Of a stretch of DNA of 64,000 bases, positions 24,549-38,460 are shown piece after piece (position 1 is the stretch's first letter; each line of letters begins with the position of its first letter). A model generated the notes under the pieces. It saw only the letters and a program-made list of their open reading frames with translations, was not told where the DNA came from and did not search any database. The translations under genes were made by a program, and so were the position numbers. This DNA comes from Eledone cirrhosa (lineage: Eukaryota), in contig OZ024758.1 in NCBI GenBank assembly GCA_964016885.1, positions 8,308,001-8,372,000 of the forward strand, written 5' to 3'.

Positions 24549-27081
24549 GTAGCCCAAGAAACACCATATGTCAATACGGTGCCCCTACGACTTCATCAGG
24601 AGTTACTTGACCATGCCCTACCACACCAGTGATGATAGTTCAGTTGACACACAGTGCCAAACGTAATTCCTTTTTACAGTAGTCAATGTTTGGTGCTTCA
24701 TAGCTATATTTTAGATCAAATCCCTGTAGGAGTATTTCCTCAGTCCAACACATAAAATAAATGCAGGTAATATACTGCAAAAATTGCTGAAGATAAAATC
24801 TCAGGGTAGTGTATTGGTGGAATTGTTAGAGCATTGGAAGAGAAGTTTTATGGTATTTGCTGCAAGTCTTTGTGTTCTGAGTTCAAATCCTGCAGTGGTA
24901 GACTTAATCAGTAACCCAGTTTAACATCAAATTGCAAGCATTTGGACGAAACCTCCAATATGAGAATACTTGTCTTCCACCTGTCTCAGAGGTCATGAAA
25001 AGGGTCATAGATACAGCCCTTTATTTCCTGACTAAAACAGAAAACAAACTTTTCTAACAAAATTATTCTTGCAACCAGGAAAATATGAAAAATATTTCTT
25101 AACCCTTAAAATAACCAAACCTGACAAAAACCTTGTCCTAAGAAACAAAACCACCCATTTTGAAAGGCAGTGGATTAGCAGAATCGGTAGAATGTTGGAC
25201 ATGTTTTGCAGTATTTGTTATGACCCTTTACATTCTGAATTCAAATCCCACCAAGGTTAGCTTTGCCTTTCATCCTTCTGTGGTTGATAAAATAGAGTAC
25301 CAGTAAAGAACTGGTGGTCGATATTATCAGCTTTCTCCACCCCAAATTACCGGCTTTGTGAATAAAGTTGAAATCATTATTTAAATTTAAATTTTCCATC
25401 AGAATTTTATATAATAACATGTTAAGTTCCTATCTTATTAATGACATAATTAAGAAGTTTAGTTTATCCCTCAAAATTAATCATTAGTTATTCAAATAGT
25501 ATATTTCATAAGAATTACAGCCATGACAGAGTTGAACTTTTTGTAAGATTAAGCTTATGGTTGTACAAGGTTACTGTCACTGTTAATCTGAATTTAAACT
25601 CCGATTAGATAATTAATAAAGGTGTAAGTTTCTGTCAACATATACACAAAATTAAGCTTGAATTTACTTAATGCACACAAGAGGATGCTGTAGGTAGACA
25701 AAAAATACCAGCATTACTGTAAACATTCTACAAGGGTGGGTTGAAAAGTTCATAGGCTGACTATGAAGGCATGGTGTTTGAGCAGTTTGTTCTATCTGTG
25801 GGTGTTTGGTTTGTATTTTGTGTATCTCTGTATGTCATCATTTTGTCCTTAATTACTATTTATGATGTTTCTCCTCTTATTCCTCTAATTTACAGCTTTC
25901 ATAGTCCTTTCCTCTATTTTACAATACAGCCAGATCTACTCTTCCTTACCCCTTACAGACAGGTCCTAACCAAAAGTAAATACCCTCTCAATAATGGGAC
26001 CAGCCAGACTGTCTAGGATCAATGGTCTTACTCTTTGCTTTTAGGTTAGAGGTAGATGTTTCATATGAGATGCCATTGTCCATGACTTTTTCTCTTTCTC
26101 ACATCCTAGATACTGGACTAGAACCAAACACAAACTGATTTATTGGTAATATAAATTGTTGGTAACATTCAAGATGTTTGGGAGGGCTGGGCCACTGACA
26201 AAAAAGTTTTTTTGTTATTGTTGGTAACCTATCTTGGTAACCTATTCCAGCACATCAACCTCACTATCACTCATGGTAATGCCATGTCTTGGCTTATCTA
26301 ATAAAAAAACAAAAAAGAAAACAATTGATTTGTTTATGTGTAGATGATCATAAACATCATAGAAATTGTTTTACTTTCAATGAAAATATATTTATATAAA
26401 CATTTGACTGATACAATTTCAACTCAATTTATTTTGACCACAAAATTACACTGTGTAAACCGACATAACAGAGGAACTCCAATGTATAGCTAGACACAAC
26501 TGAGAATAAAAATATTTATGGTTGAGGGTTCTTTTTAGGCATGTTGTTTTTAAGGGAGTTTATAATAGAAATCATAAAAATAATTACTCTGGTGGGATTG
26601 CAAGCAGCATAGAGTTACGGCACTTTACGGTCTGGGTTCAAATCCCACCAAGGTTAACTTTGCCTTTCATCCTTACAGGGTCGATAAAATAAAGTACCAG
26701 TAATACACTGGGATAATTGCTGGCCTTGTGCCAAAAGTAGAAACAATTATTTATATTATGCATACATGGATATTTGACTCTTACACAGTTGCTTAATAAC
26801 CCAAGAACCTACAGAAAATTAGGCAAGATGCCTAGACAAAGGTCAGGTGTGTATACATGTCTGAACATTACATGACTGCTATTATCATCATCATCGTCAC
26901 TGTTTAACGTCTATTTTCCATGGTAACATGGGTCGTTAATTTAAAAGAATATCAACATTATACACAAGTTTTGATAAGTTTATTTATAAGTATACACTTA
27001 GCAATAAATATATCAACTGGGTGACATTGGAAGCAGAGACGCCATCAGGTTTGTTACTTGAGTATTTGGATAAATGTTTGT

Positions 27082-27112
<31 letters not shown>

Positions 27113-27639
27113 CCGTTTTATGTCCATTCTTCCACGCTAGCATGGGTTAGACGGGTTGTCCTGCTATATGGGCAGTGTCCAGTCGATTGACCTTGTCTTG
27201 CTCACACGGGAACTGATTCTGGCTTGGTTTCTACAGCCGGATGCCCTTTCCTAACACCAACCTTATTTACAGTGAGTACTGGGTGCTTGGTTATTTCAGT
27301 GCCTCGGCCTTGCCACCTCCCTTGTGGCGTGTCACTGATTAACGATGGGGGGGGGGGGTTGATTGTATGTTTTTGTGTAACTTTGCCTTTCATCCTTACG
27401 GGGTCGATAAAATAAAGTACCAGTAATGCACTGGGTAATTGCTGGCCTTGTGCCAAAAAGTAGAAACAATTATACTTATAACGTTCTTAGTAATAATTGA
27501 TTAAATGTATGTACTTCTATATCATGTTTGTTATGTGATAATAAAATCAAAGTTACCAATCTTCCTCATACTAATTTCTGCAAAGTATTTTGTATGATGT
27601 CTGAAAGATTTTGCCAATCGCCATCAACAATGATTAAAT

Positions 27640-27919
27640 TACAGTGGAACCTCGGGTAACGAACAATTTTCCACGAACGGTGTTTTGAGTAACGAACACG
27701 AAAACTGGCAGCAATGTTTGAAGACAACTGAAGTATCATCGGGAAAGCGTCACTTGCTGTGTAGTTAGTTACTACGGTGATATCTATCTCTCTTTCACAC
27801 ACGCACTTCCTCTCAACATTTTGTATGGGAAAAATAGTTTTAGCTTACGAACATTTCGGGTGACAAACGGTCTTCGAGAACCAATTCAGTTCGTGAGCTG
27901 AGTCCCCTCCCCCACTGTA
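27640..27919. mobile_element. Tigger/pogo-like non-autonomous element (related copies at about 18293-18575 and 46824-47176)
   Basis: TA-CAGTGGAACCTCG ... CCACTG-TA termini, with shared core GGGAAAG..TCACTTGCTGTGTAGTTAGTTAC in three places. Confidence 0.7.
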
Positions 27920-30129
27920 CTATGAAAATCATAATAAAATATAGAGATGAAGGACTTTAAAGGAGTGAAAATATATGAGAATTGTGTTAATGTTATTATA
28001 TACCAGATATCTAACCCTAAATAAAATATAAAATAATAATTTGTACGAAAGTCATGGGTGGGGGGTGTTAGGCATTATCTTGTTGAAAAGGAAGGTTGAA
28101 TTAGGCTTTCAGAGATTTGGGGAGTATGAGAGAAGTGAAATAATGTCGATGACAAACCATTTCCTTTTCGAGCTAGTCACCATCGAGAATTGTAATAACG
28201 AAACGAGAATTCTAATTACAAAATTAGCTGATAGCAATTATCTACAAAAAAAAAAAAAGAAAAGAAAGAATAATAAAATAAAATAAAATAAAGCTAACTA
28301 TTTTTTTTTTTAAATGAAACCTATGTATGACAAATTAGTAAAAAAAATTCTTCGTTGCCAGCCAAACTAAATGAGACTAGTTAGAGATTGATAAAAGTGA
28401 AACTCGAGGATTGCCTTCTTTAATTCGGCGACTCGTTTACATTTAAACCAACAGGAATTAATATTTGAAAAAAAAAAAAAAAAAAAAAAAATAATAATTT
28501 GTAATTCACGAGTTGAATGGCGATTCCATATATTCCATATATAACAATACCACCCACCCTACATACACCTCCGCATCGGCTACTGTGGAAGGGTAGATGA
28601 AATTATATTAATTGTTTCTACTTTTGGCACAAGGCGGTAGCAATTAACCAGTACATTACTGGTACTTTATTTTATCCGCCCCCGTAAGGATGAAATTATA
28701 TTAATGTTTGTTATTTTGTGAGGAGGGGCGAGGCGTTTCAAGGCGTTTCAAGGCCGTGGCGAAGTAAAATGAAGCGAAGCAGAACAGAATTAGATCAGAG
28801 ATTCTACTTAACACCTTCATCTTAGAGAACTGATTGAATTTGATATCAGTGATAATTATAGCGCGGATGTTGATAGAAACAAACCGACGTCCAACTCTCA
28901 AAGGCCGTAGTTCGTTTTTAAAGGTTATTTACTGGTTCATTCCCTCATCTGCGATAAGAATTACATTTCTGTCGGTACAGAAGTACTAAACACAGAGTTG
29001 TGATAGCAGCAGTGGCAGTAGTAGCAATAGAGTGAGGAGATGGTGTGTGGGGGACAGAAATAAAGGTGGAACTGAAAGACAGTAAAGTCTATTACCATCT
29101 CTCCTTCCACCTTTCTTTTGTCGTTTAATAATCCTTGCTTTTTCCTTCATTTTCCTCTCATTTATAGCATTTATAGTCCTTTCCAATACTACTTTCGTTT
29201 TCTATATGTTTGTCTAAATATTAAATTCTTTATTATTTTTGGGTAATTTTATCCTAGGAATATATTTGAGTATAATGCTTACCCCCCCCCCTCCAAAAGA
29301 ATTGGTAAATATTGACGGAGAAACTAGGGAGTATAAGAGGGGAGGTGGTGGTTGACAATAGCTAGATAGATAGATATATTTCTTTATTAGCCACAGGGGC
29401 ACAAAAGAAGGGGACAAATACAAAGGGGGAAGCTAGATAGATAGATAGATATATAGATAGATATCTTAGACAGACTGATAGATGTCTTGGATAGATAGAA
29501 ATATTCTTCAGACGTTTGAAGTAGGATAAAAAGCAAAGCAAAGCAAACCAAACCAATGCAAGAAATAGATGAATCTCTGCTAGTAGGAGATTTATATTTA
29601 GCAACAATATCGTAAAAGAGCTGCTGTCTTCCCATTTGCAAATTGCTGCTGATATTTATAGCAATTTTCTGTAAACCACCTGCTATGTGAGGAACACCCA
29701 TTATGTTGATGACGTCAGTGCTGAGTGGCAACCTTCCCCGAAGAAATATTGTATGCATTGTTATATTGTTATCATCATTCTCTCCTCCTCTGCCACTATC
29801 TCTTGGAAATGGAGAATAAAGATATTTTTAGCATATAATATATATATAATCTATAAAAAAATAATAAAACATAACCTGAAATTTCTCGACTGGGGAACAT
29901 AGATAAGATTATATTGGCAGACACAAACACGTATGTCTTTATATATAATACGCGAGCCCCGGGTTTAATCGGGGGGGGGGGGGGGGTCACCACAGTAAGT
30001 AAGGTACTCAATATATTAGTAGAGTGTATACAACAAATTTAATATAGAAATGGTTTCTACAGGACTAGAGCTGTTTCATTTGAAGGAAACAGTTCTAGTC
30101 CTGTAGAAGTGAAAAGTCAGTCATTGGGA

Positions 30130-30780
30130 TGTGATCCTAGCTACATTGAGGATATGTGTTCCCCATGGGAGATCCTCAGTGATTGCCAGACATAACTTTT
30201 TCAATGATCTCCTGGGCTCTAGTTGTATGCCATTCATGCTGAAGGTAGGTGCTGAGTATTGAGTGTTTTGTTTTTTTTACTATTAAAAGACATGATACTG
30301 ATGTGACCCCATTGGAGAATGCTTTCCAGGTCTCTGTTCATTAAATCAGTGCAGTGGGACGTTAAGATTGCATGTGGAGAACACTTAGTTGAGGAAAGTT
30401 CTGAAAGAATGAAAGGTGGTATCATCTGTATAAGATGTTAGACGTAATGTCTAATAGAATATTGATGTAAGGAAGGGTGTGGGATCTCCTCTGAACCCTG
30501 GGGCACAGCAAAGTTGATAGAGTGTGGGACAGAGAAATCATTGTCAGCACACACTCTGGTAGTGTAATCTGATAGATCTAAGAGATGACAGACAGATGAA
30601 GTCCATAGGAGGGTAGTTGTGAAAAGAGATTCATATGCCAAACAGCATCAAAAGCTTTGCTGGTGTTTTAGAAAGTGAGATTTCCTGGTGTGTGACATGG
30701 AAGAGCAGGTCTCCAGTGTGGTTTGGCTAGTTGTTCCAAACAAACTATAAAGAACTCACGGGGAGCTGTGAAAAGAATCT
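30130..30780 (-). pseudogene. Decayed non-LTR retrotransposon RT fragment (CR1/L2/Jockey group)
   Basis: The minus strand gives SKAFDAVWH (about 30660-30634) and VPQGS (about 30507-30493) RT motifs, with frameshifts. Confidence 0.65.
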
Positions 30781-31766
30781 ATACAAAAGATAAAACTGGA
30801 GCACAATCATATTTTCAAAACAACATATTTAAAACTGAAGCTCTTCTCCATTATATATATAAATACAAAGACCAGAATCCAGAGAGAACTCAATAAGGGT
30901 TGTATATATATATCATCATCATCATCATCATTTAACGTCCATCTTCCATGCTAGTATGGGTTGGACGGGTTTGTCCCACTTGAAGCAAGATTGGTTGGGT
31001 GACCATGTCTCACTCGTAGAGAACTGTTCTGGCAGGTTTTCTATGGCTGGATGCCCTTTCTAACCCCTATATATATATGTTAAACAGTGATGATGATGAT
31101 ATATATATATTCCAACAAATTAAATACCCCTTCTACTTATATATATACACACATACACATACATACTTATAAACATATACATATCATATATATATATATA
31201 TGATCCTTTATCATAATATCTGTGTGAAAGTGCTCTCATGTCTAACCTCTCAATTTCCCCATCCTAGGTACACAAACTTATTTATTCCATATCACCACAA
31301 GAATAAACAAATAAACAAATAAATAAATAAACAGATGCATAACGGAAGATTGTGATAAGAAACCTTCATTTAAAAACCTATATAGTAGCTTCAACTGTTC
31401 TTTAGTAGTATTAAGATGAAGTACTAACTATATCCACCTTGAAGCTATAAGCAATGAGCACTACCTAACCTGATATATAAGATAGCGCTACACACCATAA
31501 ATACCCTTTGCACTGGAATTCTTTGCTAAGAACAGATATTTTTGGCATATATCAACACTAAGCTATTTATATATAGTTACATAATAACTATATGGTTCTA
31601 CTCTCACAACTTGTTGAATATTATGTTGCATATATCATCATGAAGGCGGATAGATATGTTTAAAAAGACCCAGCTTGACATTGTACCTTTGGTACAAACT
31701 TTACCCCTTTCAATGTATTCATTTCTTTTGACAAGTTCCAACCCCAATTTTCTATTGAGTCTGATA

Positions 31767-32259
31767 TAGTTTAAACTCAGTATCTAATGTTACTAGTTTA
31801 AACTCAGTATCTAATGTTACTAGTTTAAACTCAGTATCTAATGTTACTAGTTTAAACTCAGTATCTAATGTTACTAGTTTAAACTCAGTATCTAATGTTA
31901 CTAGTTTAAACTCAGTATCTAATGTTACTAGTTTAAACTCAGTATCTAATGTTACTAGTTTAAACTCAGTATCTAATGTTATTAGTTTAAACTCAGTATC
32001 TAATGTTACTAGTTTAAACTCAGTATCTAATGTTACTAGTTTAAACTCAGTATCTAATGTTACTAGTTTAAACTCAGTATCTAATGTTACTAGTTTAAAC
32101 TCAGTATCTAATGTTACTAGTTTAAACTCAGTATCTAATGTTACTAGTTTAAACTCAGTATCTAATGTTACTAGTTTAAACTCAGTATCTAATGTTACTA
32201 GTTTAAACTCAGTATCTAATGTTACTAGTTTAAACTCAGTATCTAATGTTACTAGTTTA
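31767..32259. repeat. 27-bp minisatellite, about 18 near-identical copies
   Basis: TAGTTTAAACTCAGTATCTAATGTTAC repeated; produces the artefactual KLVTLDTEF ORF. Confidence 0.97.
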
Positions 32260-32327
32260 ATGAAAGGCACAGTGAACCTCATCAGGGTTTGGACTGTAAA
32301 CTAAGAATTAATTTAAATGCTATAATG

Positions 32328-32600
32328 CAGGCATGTCAAACTGAGGGTCCCCTGGCGGCCATGTGGGTCACATGTGTTGTCTGATGGCCACATGGGTCAC
32401 ATATGTCTTGTCTGAGGGCCACATAGGTCATGTGTTGTCTGAGGGCCACACATGACAACTAATTGCGCACATTACAACTAATTTTTTCATTTTATATTAG
32501 GAAGATAAAACATGCTCGCACTGTAAAAACCTTTGTGCGGCCGCAGGTGAGTTTGTAAAGGGCTGCATGTGGCCCGTGAGTCACATGTTTGATATGCCTG
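32328..32600. mobile_element. hAT-like MITE (second copy at 22351-22549)
   Basis: TIRs CAGGCATGTCAAAC / GTTTGATATGCCTG, with 8-bp flanks CTATAATG / CTATAATC. Confidence 0.8.
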
Positions 32601-33417
32601 CTATAATCTAATTAGCTGAGCAATACTGCTTTAACCACCTGTGACATGCTATTGTTTTCAATATAATAGCTTTTTAAGTTTGAAAAACTTATATCAATAA
32701 AATTGATATATTAATACAATTGATAAAATTAGACTGGATATTTTATACTATCCAAATTGATATGTTATGCTTATCTATCATATTCTAAGACTTAAGGGAT
32801 CGATGGGTTTATAAGAAGCACATTAATTTGGACAGTCATTTAAAAATAATAATTAGGTTTAAACTACGAATGCTAGGTAAAGGGTATAAAGTTTGTACAA
32901 CATATTTTTTATAATCATTCCACATTGTAATTATAGTTGTAATAAGGTACATTTTTAAAACAAAAGGGAAAATAGATTTATTTTATCCATCATAAAATCT
33001 ATTAAAATTGTAACTTTATTTAGAAAAGAGTTGCCATTGTTGGTGTAGAAGTAATCACCACTTTGTATCTATTTGTGGAGATGTTTGTGGTTTAATTTAA
33101 GGGCCACTGCACTACTAGAACTCCACTAGCAAATAACACAAACTGACCCATGATCATATATGGCGCAGGGTGATTTTCTGGGACATTTTTTTAAGAAAAA
33201 ATAATGTCTTATAAGCTGTCAAATATAGTATTTTAATATAACGATACATTTCCCTTGAGATCAATAATTAATACTAATAGAATATTACAGCTTATTTACA
33301 TAGTCAATAACATAGTCAAACTATACCAGATATGAGCCTCACGCCAAGTAAGAAGAAATAAATATTTCAGAGGTTGTTTTTTGTGAAGTGAAAAAAAAAG
33401 ATGTAGACATTTTTTTT

Positions 33418-33489
<72 letters not shown>

Positions 33490-33814
33490 TGTGTGTGAGA
33501 CTTGGGCCTATTGAAACAGATGTCAAAGACATTAAAAGAAGTTCTTCTCAGATTGTTGTCTTTGTCATATGGGGAGGTCACCCTTGTTCAAATGGCTGGT
33601 TTAGTCCTGCTAAAGAGTGTGTTGTCTTTGTCATTGAAAAGTGGGAAAATGTCTAAGAATACGAAAGAAGAAAATAGACTGCTAAACATAGATCTAAACT
33701 TAAGACCATCAATATTTAAAGTAGTAGTAGTAATAGTGGTGGTGGTGGTGGTGGTGGTAGTGGCAGCAGTAGTAGTGGTGGTGCTAGTGGTAGTAGTAAT
33801 GGTTGCAGCAGCAA

Positions 33815-33846
<32 letters not shown>

Positions 33847-33847
33847 A

Positions 33848-33893
<46 letters not shown>

Positions 33894-34405
33894 TGCAGCA
33901 GCAGTGAAGAGTAAAGAGAGCAGTCAAGTGCTGAAAAGCAGATCTTTGAACTGGCAAAACATTCAGGAGATAATGAAACACGATAGACTTACTGTAATGA
34001 CATGTGGTATATATAGTAATTGTTTCCTGTACAGAAACAAAACATTACTGGAAGCAGTGCAAGAGAGAAACATGCTTATAGCCACTGACTCTGTTCTCTG
34101 GGTGAACAAAGGAATGCACAACCATCAGCTTACATCCAAATATACAAAATTACATGCTTGCTTATCTATATATATATATATATATATATATATTTGCTTT
34201 TATCCTTCTATGTTGTTTACTTGTCTCACTCGCTTTACGCGATTTACTTGTCCCAATAGCTTTTTTTAGTTATTGCTCGCACCAACCTGAGGTATATGAT
34301 TTTTAATGCGATGAAATACCAATGATGGTTGGCAAATCACTGACGAGGGACTAATTTTATTATATGTAACCCATGTGCAACCACGCAGTATTCTTCTTTC
34401 TTCTC

Positions 34406-34470
<65 letters not shown>

Positions 34471-34525
34471 GTGAAAGAGTGAAGAATAACATGGTCGGCT
34501 GTACAAAAAGGGGTTTTGTTTACAG

Positions 34526-34636
34526 TATTAACAATTGTTTCATTGATCAGGTGAGTCTAAAGGCCCCTAATCACTCGAAGTTGCGTCACTCGACCTTAAA
34601 TACAGTGTGTGTCTCTGATCAAATCATCGGAAAATA
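34526..34636 (-). ncRNA. Degenerate hammerhead motif with long stem II
   Basis: Minus strand: TATTTT-CCGATGA-TTTGATCAG...CTGATCAAT-GAAAC-AATT-GTT-AATA, with palindromic stem III ACAATTGT, lying between (TA)n runs. Confidence 0.4.
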
Positions 34637-34920
34637 TATATATATATATATATACGATATTAAATAAATGGAAATTATATTTATAAAACCATATTTATTT
34701 CATTATATATATATATTTACGTAAAGTGCGGAGCGTATGTGCATAAACACTCACCGTACAGTATTATTGTAGTATTGTGTTAGCTCAATGTACATGGACA
34801 CAGAGCCATTAACCCCAGCATGAACCTCTTTGTTTGCTTTCTCCAATCCCCCTATTATTTTTTCTGATTGTTCGTGTGACTAAGTTTTTGTGGAGCTTAT
34901 ACTCAACACTGTATTTGTTA

Positions 34921-34966
34921 AGCTCTGATGATTCCTGCCAAAAGGTGAGGATGAAACATTGTTAGT
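34921..34966 (+). ncRNA. Degenerate minimal hammerhead motif
   Basis: GCT-CTGATGA-TTCCTGCC(AAAA)GGTGAGGAT-GAAAC-ATT-GTT-AGT, followed by AATAAA and then (TA)n. Confidence 0.45.
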
Positions 34967-35009
34967 GAATAAAGACTGTTTGAGTATGTAAGCGTTCTTT
35001 GGTTTCTTT

Positions 35010-35043
<34 letters not shown>

Positions 35044-36235
35044 TTCAATGTGGTTTACCCTTGGTGGTAGGGTTCGTACTGTAGATAGAACTCAATGTAA
35101 TCTGATGGCTAGTAATCCAGTGAAATCAATAGATAGAGAGTCAGATGTTAGGTATTAATTTAACAATGAAAATGAAGACGGTCTGATCAAACCTATATAT
35201 GAAGTCTGATCGTATACAGACTTATAACTGCTATAGATCAGTCAATATGTCAATTATAAGTGTGAAGGAAAACAATATTGTTATTTTATATAGGTATCAG
35301 TTGATAGATATAGAGGTGGGTAGAGTATGATGAGGTTGTGACATTCATGCCTCAAGTTATTCTAAGGTATCAGGTATGTCAATGAAATAAATATGCAGAA
35401 ATGTTTCTGAGACACAACAGTATCAGTTTTCACTATTACAAACAAAATTCGCCACCACCAACACTGAATATAAACATACCATCTGCAAGTCAACAATGTG
35501 GTCACCCACCCTCCTAGAAATAGCAACACAGTTTCCTCAAATCACAGATAAAAAAAAAAAAAGCCTTTTTATCATAGGCCTGTTTGTTGATCAGGGTTCA
35601 TGTGAGGGCCAGGGTGTAGTTGGTTGCTTGAAGATGTGAGCCCCCCCCCCCCCCCGCGCAAGGTGGAGTGGCTGTTCTAGCATGTCTCCCTCCCTCCTCT
35701 GGGGCAATGTCTTCTCCATCCTGTCAGCCAGGAACATGAGACAGCAGACATATTAAAGAACATGATTTCTACTAGATAGATTCGTTCATGCTGTATGTGT
35801 GAGACATACAGAACATTTTATCTAAGAACCAGTTTATATATTACAAGATAACATCTGTTGAATGAAAAATGTCCTAAAATGATGGTAGATTGTATCTGGA
35901 GCAGATATTGACCAAGAAAAGCATGAGAAATACTGAAGATGGTTGTAATGGTGTGTCTGTGTGTGTCTGTCTGTGTGAGCACATGTGTCAGATAAACCAA
36001 TACTCTCCCTGTGGATAGGACACCAGTCTATCACAAGTTACATTCCTCCGAAGTAGGTGATGCCCTACCCCCATACACACACAAACGAACACAAACAAAC
36101 AAACATATATATTGAATACTTGTGAGTCATTCCCACCTGTCTTTATTATATATTGTTCACACACATTCTTATTTAATATATAATATACATAAGCGTGTGG
36201 CGAAACCATGTAAGCTTGGAGTGATGATAATGATA

Positions 36236-36586
36236 GGCACACGGCTTAGTGGTTAGAGCATTGGCCTTGCAATCGAAAGGTTGTGAGTTCAATTCTCAGA
36301 CCGGGTGATGTGTTGTTTCCTTGAGCAAGACACTTTATTTCACATTGCTCCAGTTTACTCAGCTGTAGAAATGAGATGATAGGGACTGGGGTCCATATCA
36401 TTCCACTGTAAAGTGGTCGTGGAGGTGCCACGGCAAAAAAAGCACCCAGCACTCACTGTAAATGAGGTTGGAGTTAGGAAGGGCATCCAGCTGTAGAAAT
36501 CAAGCCAAAATCAGTTCCCGTCCCACCGTTGCAAGCAGGGAAAAGCGGACGTAAAAAAATGATGATGATGATGATGATGATGATGA
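36236..36586 (+). mobile_element. tRNA-derived SINE family B, full length, (GAT)n tail (partial copies at about 12526-12790, 7284-7450, 19458-19588, 27084-27290, 30913-31067, 48321-48480 and 53141-53350)
   Basis: GGCTTAGTGGTTAGAGC (A box), GAGTTCAATTC (B box), central TCCTTGAGCAAGACACTTTA, 3' GTTAGGAAGGGCATCCAGC...GGACGTAAAA(ATG)n. Confidence 0.85.
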
Positions 36587-36826
36587 TATACACAGACATA
36601 TACTCACACACACATATACACAGAGAAATGTACACACTCATATGCACAAATGTATACATGTACAAGCACACACATAAATGTATACATACATACATACAAG
36701 CGCACTCATACATACACATACATATATTAGTTGATGTCTAAATTCCAATGAAAGAATCTTGTGTCTATGTTAGAAACTGTCTCTCTCTCTCTAATGGTGA
36801 AAATATATAAAAAAAACAGAAACCAG

Positions 36827-36886
<60 letters not shown>

Positions 36887-38413
36887 TCAGTATAGATATA
36901 AGCTTTAGAATACCTAAGAGGAATTAGATGTAAGAAACGGTAACAATAATTTCTTGTAATAAAGCCTGAAATTTTGAGAATCAAAAGAAACAATGAAATG
37001 TTGAGAATCAGCAAACCAACTATTAACCCTTTAGCATTTAAACCAGCCATATCCAGCCAGAATTTCCTCACCTCTTCCTGTTCAAACTGGCCATAACTGG
37101 CCACTCAGACCTACATAAATAACATCAAAATCTCAGATTTGATATTATGCGAGATAATTTATGTAAGATAAATCCTTTACCATGAAAATACAATAGTAAT
37201 TATAGAGTAATGTAAATGTTAAAGGGTCAACTGAATGAAGAACAGAAAGTAAATTATATATTTAATAGTAAGGGGAAGGTGGATAAAGAAGATATATGAG
37301 GGTCAGTTGAAAAGTTCATAGGCTGACCAAGATACTCTCATGGAATGACCAAATAAGGTTTATTTTTCAACATAGTCCCTGGAAAGACACAATGCAGTTA
37401 TTAATAAGAAGAGTTGAAATTAATGCATGCAAGATTTCACAGCTCTAGCATCACTCCTTCATAGTCAGCCTATGGACTTTTCAGCCAACCTCTGTACATC
37501 AGTCAGTCACATCTTCCCACCATGTAAAATATAACACCTTCTCTAGCAGCAATCTGGTACATTTGGCTACAAGTCAGTCGAGGCTTTGCTGGTCACCAGG
37601 CCAAAGGGTGACCTGTCAAAGTCTTGGTCGCTCTCTGATAGGTTTGTGGTGGAACCTGTAACAGTGGTGACTTGAGAATGGAGACCTGTCCCCTAGATAA
37701 CATCTCTACACACCACTATCAGAGCCGAGTTGGCTGCCCACAGATGCAAGCCCCATGGAGTGGAGTAGCTGTTCTAGCGTGTTTCCCCTCACTCCAAGGC
37801 AACATCTTTTCCATCCTGTCGGAGAGGACCACAAGGTAGACGACATATTACGGTAGGAGTAGGTTGGTAGTCTTCAGCCATTAATGTTGTCTGCAGGAAA
37901 CCAATAATAGTGTCACAATACCACCTTAACCCTTTAGCATTTAAACCGGCCATATTCTCTCATCTCTTTCTGTTCATATCGGCCTTAACTGGCCACTCAT
38001 ACTGATGTTAAGGTATTGTTCTCAAAATAGATACTATCAAAATTTCATAGATTCAATATTATGTAAGATAAAGCCTTTACCACGAAAATACAATAATATT
38101 TATAGAGTAATGTAAATTCTAAAAGGTTAATATTGAAAAATTAATTGTATTATTAAATCCCTCCAAATTCTTAATTATTTTCATTTTAACATTCTTCATG
38201 TAGAAATATATTTTAATATGAAGCTATGAAGTCAGTATATTCCTCATCAACGTTCTTAGATAAATAAATAACAATAATACTAATACTTGGTCTCACTGAA
38301 TATTTTGAATGCTCTGCTACTGTAACTGTTCGAAGAAGGGTAAAAGAGGCATTGAGCTTAACTTATCTTACCAATGAATATAGTAAACTAACACACTATA
38401 ACTTCATATATTA

Positions 38414-38460
<47 letters not shown>

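Noticed and set aside
28933-28940. Alternative MMD first exon ATGAACCA|GTAAAT (also ATGGTCAA|GTAACT near 24607-24614)
   Set aside because: Phase-compatible, but only 8 coding nt and weaker donors than the 58179 candidate. An alternative promoter near 28.9 kb cannot be fully excluded without RNA data.
33502-34269. 255-aa ORF with poly-Val
   Set aside because: It spans (GTA)n/(GTG)n and (TA)n repeats, starts at TTG, and has no recognisable domain or splice support.
36240-36305. tRNA gene candidates (A/B boxes here and in SINE A heads)
   Set aside because: No complete cloverleaf. They continue into SINE bodies with simple-repeat tails and TSDs.
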